From assembly GCA_001600695.1 (NCBI GenBank), contig BCKQ01000012.1, positions 27,440 through 91,439 on the forward strand: 64,000 bases of DNA. Direction: 5' to 3'. Positions 54,516-64,000 of this stretch are shown here, in pieces (within the stretch, counting starts at the first letter, position 1; every line of letters starts with the position of its first letter). Source of the stretch: Ascoidea asiatica JCM 7603. Its lineage: Eukaryota > Fungi > Ascomycota. The notes below the pieces were generated by a model. The model saw nothing but the letters and a program-made list of their open reading frames with translations. It did no database searches and was not told the origin of the DNA. Made by a program: the position numbers and the translations under genes.

Positions 54516-55291
54516 TTTGAATAATTAAGTGATTCTAAGAAGATAATAAAAAATACAATATCAAAAATACAAAACTTCATTGGAATAAATATATAATTGA
54601 ATATTAAAATACAAAAATAACAATAATGAATAAAATTAGTATAAATAATGATAAACATATATTTTGAAACAGATTTAAAACCATGTAAAGAATATACCAT
54701 ATAAAATATATATACTATATATAATTCAGGACAGAAAACTGACCTAGAACCAGACAATATAGGACAGGTGTCCTGTTTTGTTTATTTATCGCCAGATTTG
54801 TGGATCTCCTTGTTTTTGAAACCATTCAGACGGGTCTTCTTTTTTTTTGTTTTTCTTATCTTCGGGTATCGGCACTTCCGCCGGAGCTGCACCTGACCGA
54901 AGCTGGTTTTGTGGCGCCGGGAGCGAGGCCCCCGGGCTGGCCAATCAGCGTGTTTGCCTCCCCCTGGCCCTCGCTTCTCCAGCAATGCAGAGCAGCGACT
55001 TATTTCTTATCGCTCTCTGCTTGCACTCTGCTTGCAATCTGCTTGCAATCTTCTTATCCTTTAAATACAAATTAAATCTCTCTGTCGCTTGATTTGCTCT
55101 TCTTTCTTTGTTTCTGTCCCCTTTCACTCCTTTTCTTCTTTCTTTCTTTCTTCTTTCTTCTTTCTTTCTTATTTCTTATTTCTTTATTCTATTCAACTTT
55201 TATCAAATCTCATATAAAACAACAATTATTTAAAAATTACTATATTTCTTCCTTCATCCATTTAATTTCCTGCCAAAAAACAATTTCAAAA

Positions 55292-57361
55292 ATGCAATCA
55301 ACTTCTGATATTAATTCTTCAATTTCTCCATCTCCATCTCCATTAATTATAAATCAAGATTATCCAGTTAGATTAATTAAATTATTAGAAAATAATCCAT
55401 TAACAATTGGACGTTCATCAAAATCAAATAAAAATTATTTAAGAAAATCTTCAAGAAATAATGCTTTTTTTAATGAAAGAACTTTAAGTGCAATTCATGC
55501 AAAAATTTTTAAAATTAATTATTCAAATTCTAATTCAAATTCTAATTCAAATTCTAATTTAAACTCTTCTTATTCAAAATTTTATTCAAAATTTTATTTA
55601 TGCGATTCTGGTTCTCAACATGGTGTAATTTTTAAAAATAAATTATTACCAAAAGGTTTTAAAATTCAAATTAAAAATGGTGATAAATTTGGTTTAGTTT
55701 TAACTGATAAATCTTTAATGGATCGAATAATTAATAAATTTAGTAATTTTAATAAATTTGATAAAATTAATAATATTAATAAAATTAATAAAATTAATTA
55801 TAAATATCTTTCAAATCCAGATCCTAATTGGTTAACTATTGATGATTCAAAAGTTAAATTATTTTTAACTTTTTCAATAAAATCTGATCCTTTTATTTCT
55901 TTATCAATTACAAATCCAATTTCTAGTCCAATCACTAATACAATCACTAATACAAATCTTAATCTTTCTCAAACTCTTGATTCTTCAGAAGATGATCAAG
56001 ATTATCAAGAAACTTACAATGATAAAAATGATAATGATGATCAAATTCAAGTTTTAAAGAAAATTGAAATTAAAGATTCAAATCAATTTATTAATTCAAT
56101 TCCTGTTTATGATTTAGATGATAATGATAACAATGAACATCTTAATGATGAAGATGAAAATGATAATGACCACAACGATGATAGTGATGATTTATATGAA
56201 ACTATTCCTCCAATTATTAACTTAATTAAAAATAATCAAGATTCAAGACATGAAACAAATCAAGAAATTGATCAACAAAAGAAATTATTCAAATATCCTA
56301 ATATTCCTAATGATATTAAAGAAGAATCTAAAGAACTTAAAGAAGAACTCAAAGAAGAACCAAAATCTTTAGAACAAGAAGAAGAAGTCGATGAAGAAAT
56401 CGAAGAAATCAAAGAAGAAGAAGAAGAAGAAGAAGAAGAAGAAATTGATGAAGATGATGAGGATGATAAAAATAATGATGAAAATAAACAAAATTTAGAA
56501 AGAAAAGATATTCGTGATAAATGGATTTTTAGAAATAATATTATGAAATATAAAAATTATCCAATTTATGATACTGAATATGATTCTCCTTCTGTTTATG
56601 ATGATGAACTTGATGAACTTGATGAATTTGATGAATATGATGATTATGATAATGATAATAATAATAACCAATCTTCATGTCTTGAAAATGAAATTTGTAA
56701 TGATTCTTCGGATTCTTCTTTTGATTTATCTAATCATTTATCAAATACTTCTTCAAATGATTTAACTAATACTAATAATACTGATTCAGATGATAATGAT
56801 TCTAATGATTCTAATAATTCTAATAATTCTAATAATTCAAGTATTTCAAGTCCATTATCAAATTCTTCAATTCCTTCTTTATCTTATCTTAATCCTTCAA
56901 ATTCTTTTAATAAATCAAATCTTTATACAACTAAAAATTTTAATAATAATATTTATTCAAGTTATGGTTTATTAAATTCTTTAATTGAAAAAAAAAAATT
57001 AGAATCTGAAAAAGAAATTGAAAAGATATCTAAGAAAAGATCATTTAGTGAAATGACTTCAATTAATCATAACAATAATATTAATAAAAAAGATAATATT
57101 ATCATTGAAACTGTTGATAAAGGTACTCAAATAACAGAAAATGAAATGAATTCTAAAAATGAAATTAATGAAATTAATGAAATCAATGAAATCAATGAAG
57201 TCAATGAAGATGAAAAAATATTAAAAAAAGCTAAGAATAATGATTCAACTCCAAGAAGTTCAATTAAAGGTTTTGTTGTAGGTTCATTATTAGGTGCTGT
57301 AGTTGGAAGTATTGCAACTTTTGGTACTTTAGCTTCTATTGCTGAAAGTTTACAATCTTAA
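55292..57361 (+). CDS. FHA-domain, acidic-linker, tail-anchored protein (Far9/Vps64/SLMAP-like topology); likely start ATG at 55292
   Basis: LTIGRSS...LSAIHAKI...YLCDSGSQHGV...IKNGDKFGL; C-terminal FVVGSLLGAVVGSIATFGTLASIA; AAAATG at 55292 is in frame with the listed TTG start. Confidence 0.85.
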   Translation: MQSTSDINSSISPSPSPLIINQDYPVRLIKLLENNPLTIGRSSKSNKNYLRKSSRNNAFFNERTLSAIHAKIFKINYSNSNSNSNSNSNLNSSYSKFYSKFYLCDSGSQHGVIFKNKLLPKGFKIQIKNGDKFGLVLTDKSLMDRIINKFSNFNKFDKINNINKINKINYKYLSNPDPNWLTIDDSKVKLFLTFSIKSDPFISLSITNPISSPITNTITNTNLNLSQTLDSSEDDQDYQETYNDKNDNDDQIQVLKKIEIKDSNQFINSIPVYDLDDNDNNEHLNDEDENDNDHNDDSDDLYETIPPIINLIKNNQDSRHETNQEIDQQKKLFKYPNIPNDIKEESKELKEELKEEPKSLEQEEEVDEEIEEIKEEEEEEEEEEIDEDDEDDKNNDENKQNLERKDIRDKWIFRNNIMKYKNYPIYDTEYDSPSVYDDELDELDEFDEYDDYDNDNNNNQSSCLENEICNDSSDSSFDLSNHLSNTSSNDLTNTNNTDSDDNDSNDSNNSNNSNNSSISSPLSNSSIPSLSYLNPSNSFNKSNLYTTKNFNNNIYSSYGLLNSLIEKKKLESEKEIEKISKKRSFSEMTSINHNNNINKKDNIIIETVDKGTQITENEMNSKNEINEINEINEINEVNEDEKILKKAKNNDSTPRSSIKGFVVGSLLGAVVGSIATFGTLASIAESLQS

Positions 57362-58331
57362 AATCAAAATTAAAATTAAACATTAAACATTAAACATTAT
57401 TTGTTTTCTTTTCAAACTTTTTTAATCTTTTTTTTTTTGGTTAATGATCTTTTTGTGTGATTTTCTTTTTTATATTTCAAACTCTTTATGTTTTTATGTT
57501 TATGTTTTTATTTCTTTCATTCCAAGGTTACTTTTTTATCCTTTTTCTTTCTCAATTTCTATTTTTCTTACTTTAATGTTTGGTTTTTATATGGTTTATT
57601 CAATTGGTTTAAATTGTTAACTTAATTATTTTTTATTAATAGATTACATTCTATTTAATACTTTTATTCTACTTTTATAATACCGTTTTTTTGCAATAGA
57701 AAAAACTATTAACTTCAGATTTCAAATTTCAATTTATATTTTTTTGTTTATGTTTAACATTTCATCTACTGTCTTTGTTTTCTATTTATTTATCAAGGTA
57801 TTTATTTATATTATTTTTATTTATAAACAACTTATATTTTAATTATTTGAACATGTAATATATGAAATATGTAATCCTATGTAATTTTATAAAAATAATC
57901 AACATTATAAAGACAGCCTCAGAAAACAAAAATGCCATAAAAAGGTGGTTAAAGGGAATGACAACTCAGCATTCTCCCAGACTATAATAAGCAAAAGCAC
58001 TATTAAAGAACGAGATTCCATCAGTTGCAATGTACCCAATTCATCATTGACTGTTTAGTTGATAAAGAAAAAAAAAGAAGAGAAAAAGAAAAACAAGAAG
58101 AATAGAAAAAAAAAAAAAGCAGATTTGGCTCTTTTTATACTATTTTGAAACTGGTAGCCAACTGATAACAAAAAAAAGTGACCAATAAAAGAAAGTGAAG
58201 TAAAAATAAATAGGGTTGCTGCAGACCACGTGATACATAACTTATGTTAATATCCCAAAAGAGTTAATTTCCATTCTTTCTACGTAAACAAAATATTATT
58301 TTTATTTTTTTTTCTTGAATTATAACTAAAT

Positions 58332-60026
58332 TTAAAGAAATAATAATGTAAAAAAAACAAAAAGGATTGAATAAACTAGAGTCCATCGAATATTAATCTC
58401 ATAACATTTATTACCTGATCCATTTGCTACCATATTTCTTGAATAAAAAACAACTAATGATGATGATGATGTTTCTGAAGATAATTTTGAAATAAAATTA
58501 TTATAATCTTTAGAATTTGAAAATGTACTTGAAATTGTTTCTTTAAATCTAGATGTTGAAAAAATTGATGTAGAATTATTACCATTAGAATCTGTAGTAA
58601 TTGTTGTACCTGTATAACTTGAATGAATTATAGTTACCGTAGTTTCTGTAGAATAAAAAGAATTTGAATAATTTAAAACTTTTGTAGCATCTGGTAATAA
58701 AGATAATGATGTATCTATTACTACTTCTATAAATTCTTCTTCAGATTGAGATTGATTATTTAAATAATATGATTTACCTAAATTAACTGTATTAAAATCA
58801 AAATCATAAACCATATAAATATATTTTCTAAATTCTTTACCTAAATGAATATCTTTAATATATGAATAATCTGCTTGAGAAAATGAACCAACAATACCAT
58901 AATATTGAAGATCTGTAAGAAAATTATTTGAATTATATGAATATGAATTTTGTGATAAAAGTTCAGAAAGTGGTAAAATAATTTCAAAACCTTGAAAATT
59001 TAAAGTTAAATTACCATTTAATGTTCTTGAAGTACAATTTGAAATTTCTAATGGTTTTAAAGATGATAAATTTTGATTTAAACAAATTTGAAAATAATCA
59101 TTTAACATTAATTTATTATATAAAATTTGTGGAAATACAAGAGCAGTTGATTCAATTTCTATATTTTCTGAAGATGAAATAAAATTTGGTAAAGCTGGAT
59201 ATTTTTCATCATTTTCTGTTAAAATTGTATAATTTTCTTTAACATTAGAATAATTTGTTATTAATGAATTATCTGAATTAATAGTTATTCCAGTTAATGT
59301 TATTCCAATACTATTATTAACCATTGGAAATGAAATTAATTCTTCATTAATAAATTTTGATTTATCATAACCACCAAAAATTATTGATGAATTAATAAAA
59401 TCATATTCACCAATTGAAATTATTCTTCTTTTTATTAAATTTTGTTTAATTAATTCATCCCAAATTGAATTAATTTTATTTATTGAAGAAGAATTTAAAT
59501 AATTTGAATTATTATAATATAAACCTAATTGACCAGCTCCATAAGTTATACTCATTGCTCTATCTTCAATTATATAACCAAATGTGAAATTTTCAATTTT
59601 TAATTCATTTGATAAATTTAAAGTTTCATTTGCCCAAACTCCATATGGTCTTGAAATTGAATATTCATCATAAAATCCATCAGGTATTAATAATTGATTA
59701 TATGAAGATGAATTAAAATTAAAAAAACCAGGTGCATAACAAATCATTGTACTACTACTTAAATATAATGCTTCAAATAAATTTGCTCCTGCACAAGCTT
59801 GATTATAAGAAGAAATAACATAAGTTTTAGTTGAAGCTAAATTCATAAAAAATTCAATATCTTGTGATGGAGTACCAATAGAAGCTTGAATACTAAAATT
59901 TCCAGAATTTGGATATATTTCAATATAATTACTAGATTCTTCTGAATCTGTTGAATTATCAGATTTAACTTTATTCAAATTACAAAGAAAAAAAACAAGA
60001 ATTGTATATATTATTGAAGTAATCAT
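58332..60026 (-). CDS. GPI-type yapsin-like (A1 pepsin fold) protein, catalytic aspartates lost
   Basis: Signal peptide; SIGTPSQ; FMNLAS in place of LLDTGS; IIFGGYDKSKF; PALPNF in place of PALLDSG; LGKEFRKYIYMVYDFD; Ser/Thr stalk, NGSG, hydrophobic tail. Confidence 0.88.
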   Translation of the reverse strand: MITSIIYTILVFFLCNLNKVKSDNSTDSEESSNYIEIYPNSGNFSIQASIGTPSQDIEFFMNLASTKTYVISSYNQACAGANLFEALYLSSSTMICYAPGFFNFNSSSYNQLLIPDGFYDEYSISRPYGVWANETLNLSNELKIENFTFGYIIEDRAMSITYGAGQLGLYYNNSNYLNSSSINKINSIWDELIKQNLIKRRIISIGEYDFINSSIIFGGYDKSKFINEELISFPMVNNSIGITLTGITINSDNSLITNYSNVKENYTILTENDEKYPALPNFISSSENIEIESTALVFPQILYNKLMLNDYFQICLNQNLSSLKPLEISNCTSRTLNGNLTLNFQGFEIILPLSELLSQNSYSYNSNNFLTDLQYYGIVGSFSQADYSYIKDIHLGKEFRKYIYMVYDFDFNTVNLGKSYYLNNQSQSEEEFIEVVIDTSLSLLPDATKVLNYSNSFYSTETTVTIIHSSYTGTTITTDSNGNNSTSIFSTSRFKETISSTFSNSKDYNNFISKLSSETSSSSLVVFYSRNMVANGSGNKCYEINIRWTLVYSILFVFFTLLFL

Positions 60027-60740
60027 ATTGATATTCTTATATTCTTTTCTAAATATCTAGAATCATAAACACTATTTATTTCACCTAACTATTAACAGAT
60101 GACAATTTAAATAGTTTATATATTGGGTATAACTAACTATCTTTCAAATCAGATCTAAGAAGTTATTGCCTTACTTTATCTGTTTCTGTTTCTGTTTCCT
60201 TGGTTCATCCAAAGCAAGAAAAGAAGATCAAATGAATCAATTAAACCATTAAAATCAAATAATTCTGCTTCAACTCAACTAAAATAAAGAATCTTTTTTT
60301 CTGGCTAAAAACTTTGACCTGTGCAATTTTAGACCAAAAAAACTGAACTTCGCCCACTTTGAACTCGCAGCATTCCCCGATTGTGCTGAAAAGAAGCCAA
60401 ACTAACTGGAAAGGGACCTCTCGTAAAATTATTTTTAGCTTCCTCCATTTTTTTTCCTTAAATACAATTTAGGTGCTTATCTCAAATAAAGCTTTATCAA
60501 CTTTGGATTTGGAAGATTTTTTTAATTTCTAGAAATCATGTACCACCACTTTCACAACAGAAGCTCAATTAGCTTAAATATAGCTTATTATCAGGGTATA
60601 GTAGAACACTAGAGCCTTTAAATAAATATCAAAAGGTCTTTTTTATCAAACTACCTCTGACAGGTATCCAAGACTTGTCTTAAAAACAATTCGAACTCAG
60701 ATCAAAATTATTAAAACATAAACATATATAAACAGAAAAG

Positions 60741-63590
60741 ATGAATAAAATTCTCTCTTTTCAGATTTTTATTTTCACTCTTTTATTAAGAATAACAAAT
60801 GCTATAAGCAATGATAGTAGTGTGGATTATGAAGAAGGAAGTGGTTATTTACAATTACCATATTATTTCAATGGATCAAATCTTTTAATTAATGCTTCAA
60901 TTGGTGATCCAAGTCAAGATCTTTCATTAGTATTGGATTTTGATTCTTGTATTGTTAATATACCTTCAATTTTAAATTCAAAATATAATGATTCTTCAAT
61001 AAATAAAGATTTAAATTATTATATAAATTCTACAAGTACTTATAGACAAACAACTGATTTTAATTCAACTTATTTTGGTGCATATAATTTTTCAAAATCA
61101 AATGATTATACTCCAGTTTTTATTTCTGGTGAAAATTTATGTTATAATAGTAATTGTGGTTCAATTGGAATTTTTGCAAATGAATCAATATCTTATAATA
61201 ATGATTATATTTTTGAAAATTTTACATTTTGTCATTCATATTATTCAACTTGTGAAAGTGGTTCTATAGGTTTATCTGCATTTTGTGATGATGTTTATGA
61301 ATCATTTTGGGATAATTTAATAAATAGAAATATAACTAAAAAAAAAATAATTTCATTTGCCTTAAGAAATAATTCAAATATTTCTGTTCCTATATTATTT
61401 GGTGCTATAGATAAATCAAAATTTATTAATGATACTTTAACAACTGTTCCAATGATAAATACAAATAATTCTGCAATTGCTCCAAATATTAGTAATTTAG
61501 CTATAACTTTAAATGGTTTATCAGTTTCAACTCCAGAAAATGGTGGTAATATTACTGATCTTTTAAGTTCAACTTTATATCCAGTTAAATTTGGTTTAGA
61601 AGGTTGGTCAAAAAGTTTTGATACAACATATTTTCCATCTAGTATACTTTATTCATTAGAAGATATTTTACAAAATTCTTTAACAATTTGTAATGCAACT
61701 GATTGTTCTAATTCAGTTATGTCAGATTCTTATTTTAAATTAGATTTTTCTGGTTTTGAAATAAATATTCCATTAGAAAATTTAATTACTTATTCAGTTT
61801 TTAATAATTCTTTATCAGGTGCTTTAACCTTTTATTTTGAAAGTAGTTTAAGTAAAATTTCAACATCAAGTGATGATTCTTTTATTCTTGGTTATAATTT
61901 TTTACAATATTTATATGTAATGGCTGATTATGATAATCAAAATGTTGGTCTTGCTTATTCCAATTTAGATCATTCAACTTTTGAATTTACTGATGAAGAA
62001 GATGATGATTCTGATGAAGAAATTCAAGTTATAAATGATGATAATATTAGTTCTTTTGTTAAAAAGGCTTCTAATTATAATGAATCTTATTATATGTATT
62101 CAACAAGTCTTACAATCACTCATACTGGTGATTATTCTTTAAATGCTACTGCTACTGATTCTCTTAATCATACATCTACTTTTACAGAAACAAAATCTTT
62201 ATATATAAATGTTATCACAACTTCTTTCACAAAGGAAACTGATGTTCAACAATTTTTAAGTTCAGTTGAAAAATATCAATATACACAACCAACTGCAACA
62301 TCTACAATAAATTGGAATGATTTATATAAATATCCAGATGATTTACCATTAATGTTAAATAATTCAACAGAAAATTCAAATAATGATAATGAAAAATATA
62401 TCAAAGTTCCATATTTTATTAAAGATTTTAATTCAACATATCCTGGTTATTATATTAATGTAACTGTTGGTTCACCACCTCAAGAAATTGAATTATCATT
62501 ATCAACAGAATTTGCAGATTCAATTTTAAGTTCTGAATTTAAAAAAAATGGAGAATTTGAACCTTTTTATAATTTTAGTAAATCAGTTTCTGGATATACA
62601 AATTTATCAAATTCAGGAACAAATTATTCATATTATACATCACATTATAAAACTGATAATTTTGAAATAATTGGTAGTAATTTAACAATTGAAGATATAT
62701 CATTTGTTTATTGTGATGAATATCCAAAATTTCAACTTAATATTCTTGGATTAAATCCATTATTAGAAGTTTCTTCAAAAATTAATTATGTTGATATAAC
62801 TTATGAAACATTTTTAGATAAATTAGTTAATAATAATTTAATTAATGGTAGATTTTTTAGTTTTTATAATTATTCTGATTCTGGAGATTCATATAATGGT
62901 ACAATAATCTTTGGAGGTATAGATACTGAAAAATATGAAGGTGATTTAACATCAATTTCATTTGAATTAGAAGAATTAGATGATTTTAGAAATAGAAATG
63001 GAGTTTTTAAAGGTATTTTTGTTAATATTTCTTCAATTGAATTTATTCATAAATATATTGATATTGATGAAAATGAATATAATATTACAATGATTTTACT
63101 TAGTGAAGAAGAAAGTAAAAAAAATAATTTTTTAACAAATTTTGATTTAGATTATAATAATTATGAAATTAAATTTCCAAAATTAATTTATGATAGATTC
63201 ATGACAAATTATTTATTAAGTTCAGATTATATTGCTAGTGCACCAATTAATTCAACACCAGATACAAGATATGATTGTGCATTATGTTTTATGAATGATA
63301 TTTTTAGATTTCATTTAAATGAAGATTTTTTTATTGATATACCATTAAATGATATAGTTTATGCATCTCAAGAATCAAGAGAATCTACATCATGTTTTTT
63401 AGTTTATGGAACAATTGGAGAAAGTGATAGTGATAATCAAATAATTTTAGGAAATATTGCTTTAAGATATTTTTATATGGTTTATGATTTTGATTTAAAA
63501 ACAATTTCAATGGCAAAAATTAAAAGTGAATTATTAATTCCATCAAATTTAACATATGAAGAAAATATAATAAGTAGTAATAATATATAA
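60741..63590 (+). CDS. Secreted protein with two tandem pepsin-like folds, DTG motifs degenerate
   Basis: Domain 1: SIGDPSQ-LVLDFDS...ILFGAIDKSKF...ILGYNFLQYLYVMADYD. Domain 2: YYINVTVGSPPQ-LSLSTEF...IIFGGIDTEKYEG...ILGNIALRYFYMVYDFD. Confidence 0.9.
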   Translation: MNKILSFQIFIFTLLLRITNAISNDSSVDYEEGSGYLQLPYYFNGSNLLINASIGDPSQDLSLVLDFDSCIVNIPSILNSKYNDSSINKDLNYYINSTSTYRQTTDFNSTYFGAYNFSKSNDYTPVFISGENLCYNSNCGSIGIFANESISYNNDYIFENFTFCHSYYSTCESGSIGLSAFCDDVYESFWDNLINRNITKKKIISFALRNNSNISVPILFGAIDKSKFINDTLTTVPMINTNNSAIAPNISNLAITLNGLSVSTPENGGNITDLLSSTLYPVKFGLEGWSKSFDTTYFPSSILYSLEDILQNSLTICNATDCSNSVMSDSYFKLDFSGFEINIPLENLITYSVFNNSLSGALTFYFESSLSKISTSSDDSFILGYNFLQYLYVMADYDNQNVGLAYSNLDHSTFEFTDEEDDDSDEEIQVINDDNISSFVKKASNYNESYYMYSTSLTITHTGDYSLNATATDSLNHTSTFTETKSLYINVITTSFTKETDVQQFLSSVEKYQYTQPTATSTINWNDLYKYPDDLPLMLNNSTENSNNDNEKYIKVPYFIKDFNSTYPGYYINVTVGSPPQEIELSLSTEFADSILSSEFKKNGEFEPFYNFSKSVSGYTNLSNSGTNYSYYTSHYKTDNFEIIGSNLTIEDISFVYCDEYPKFQLNILGLNPLLEVSSKINYVDITYETFLDKLVNNNLINGRFFSFYNYSDSGDSYNGTIIFGGIDTEKYEGDLTSISFELEELDDFRNRNGVFKGIFVNISSIEFIHKYIDIDENEYNITMILLSEEESKKNNFLTNFDLDYNNYEIKFPKLIYDRFMTNYLLSSDYIASAPINSTPDTRYDCALCFMNDIFRFHLNEDFFIDIPLNDIVYASQESRESTSCFLVYGTIGESDSDNQIILGNIALRYFYMVYDFDLKTISMAKIKSELLIPSNLTYEENIISSNNI

Positions 63591-63662
63591 AAATTCTTTA
63601 TATAATAATATGTAATAATACAATATATAATAATAATATATAATAATATATAGTAATAATAA

Positions 63663-64000
63663 CTAAAAATTATATAATCTTTCTTCAATTATTGAATTTT
63701 TTATATGAACTTTTTCTTTTTCTTTAATGATTAAAAAATTAACATGATTTGATAAAATTTGAGTGAAATTTTTTGAACAATAAGGACAGTTAAATTTAAA
63801 ATTTTTATTTAAATTTGATAAAGTAAATTCTAAAAATTCTAAGAAACAATTGAAATGAAATAAATGATTACAATTTAATTTTAAAACTTTATCATTTAAA
63901 TTCAAATTTTCTAAACATATTGGACAAATGTTAAATTTTTCTTTTAACAATGGATCTATATCTTTGAATAAAATTGGATTTTCATTGATTAAATTTTTAC
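63663..64000 (-). CDS. 3' end of a RING-H2 (C3H2C3) ubiquitin-ligase-like gene; 5' part outside the window
   Basis: CPICLE-x11-C-N-H-x2-H-x2-C-x19-CPYC; frame open to the window edge. Confidence 0.85.
   Translation of the reverse strand, partial: KNLINENPILFKDIDPLLKEKFNICPICLENLNLNDKVLKLNCNHLFHFNCFLEFLEFTLSNLNKNFKFNCPYCSKNFTQILSNHVNFLIIKEKEKVHIKNSIIEERLYNF

Noticed and set aside
54782-55291. Overlapping short ORFs in the GC island and the Phe/Leu-rich TTG extension of the FHA gene (similarly 42905-43623, 46892-47147, 17083-17319)
   Set aside because: Explained by stop-codon scarcity in GC-rich or pyrimidine-tract promoter DNA; mostly non-ATG starts.

Overview
Very AT-rich budding-yeast (Saccharomycotina) nuclear DNA. 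Genes appear intronless and carry many poly-Asn and microsatellite expansions. A complex I subunit (NDUFB8) and a beta-mannosyltransferase (BMT) relic argue against Saccharomycetaceae. An Ascoidea-like lineage is my guess only, so the CUG assignment is uncertain. The first ~16.4 kb is mostly decayed genes and captured gene fragments around one intact orphan CDS: a BMT gene, a 5'-truncated GH5 exoglucanase missed by the ORF track, a VHC1-type cotransporter fragment, a C2H2 finger stub and an integrase-Zn-finger-like relic. From 17.9 kb on is a normal gene-dense arm: a Zn2Cys6 factor, a protein of four tandem RhoGAP-like domains without arginine fingers, a GC-rich orphan ORF, GMH1, RTT107, KRR1, NDUFB8, an aberrant tRNA-Gln(UUG), a 65-aa-repeat coiled-coil protein, VTS1, MSS116, CIN1/TBCD, a tail-anchored FHA protein, a head-to-head pair of catalytically dead aspartic-protease homologues (one with two pepsin folds) and the 3' end of a RING-H2 gene. 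The best leads are the 4x pseudo-RhoGAP, the pseudo-protease pair, the GC-rich ORF with faint histone-H3-like patterning, the GC-rich islands between divergent genes and the mispaired tRNA-Gln. All family calls are by eye from remembered motifs; no searches were run.
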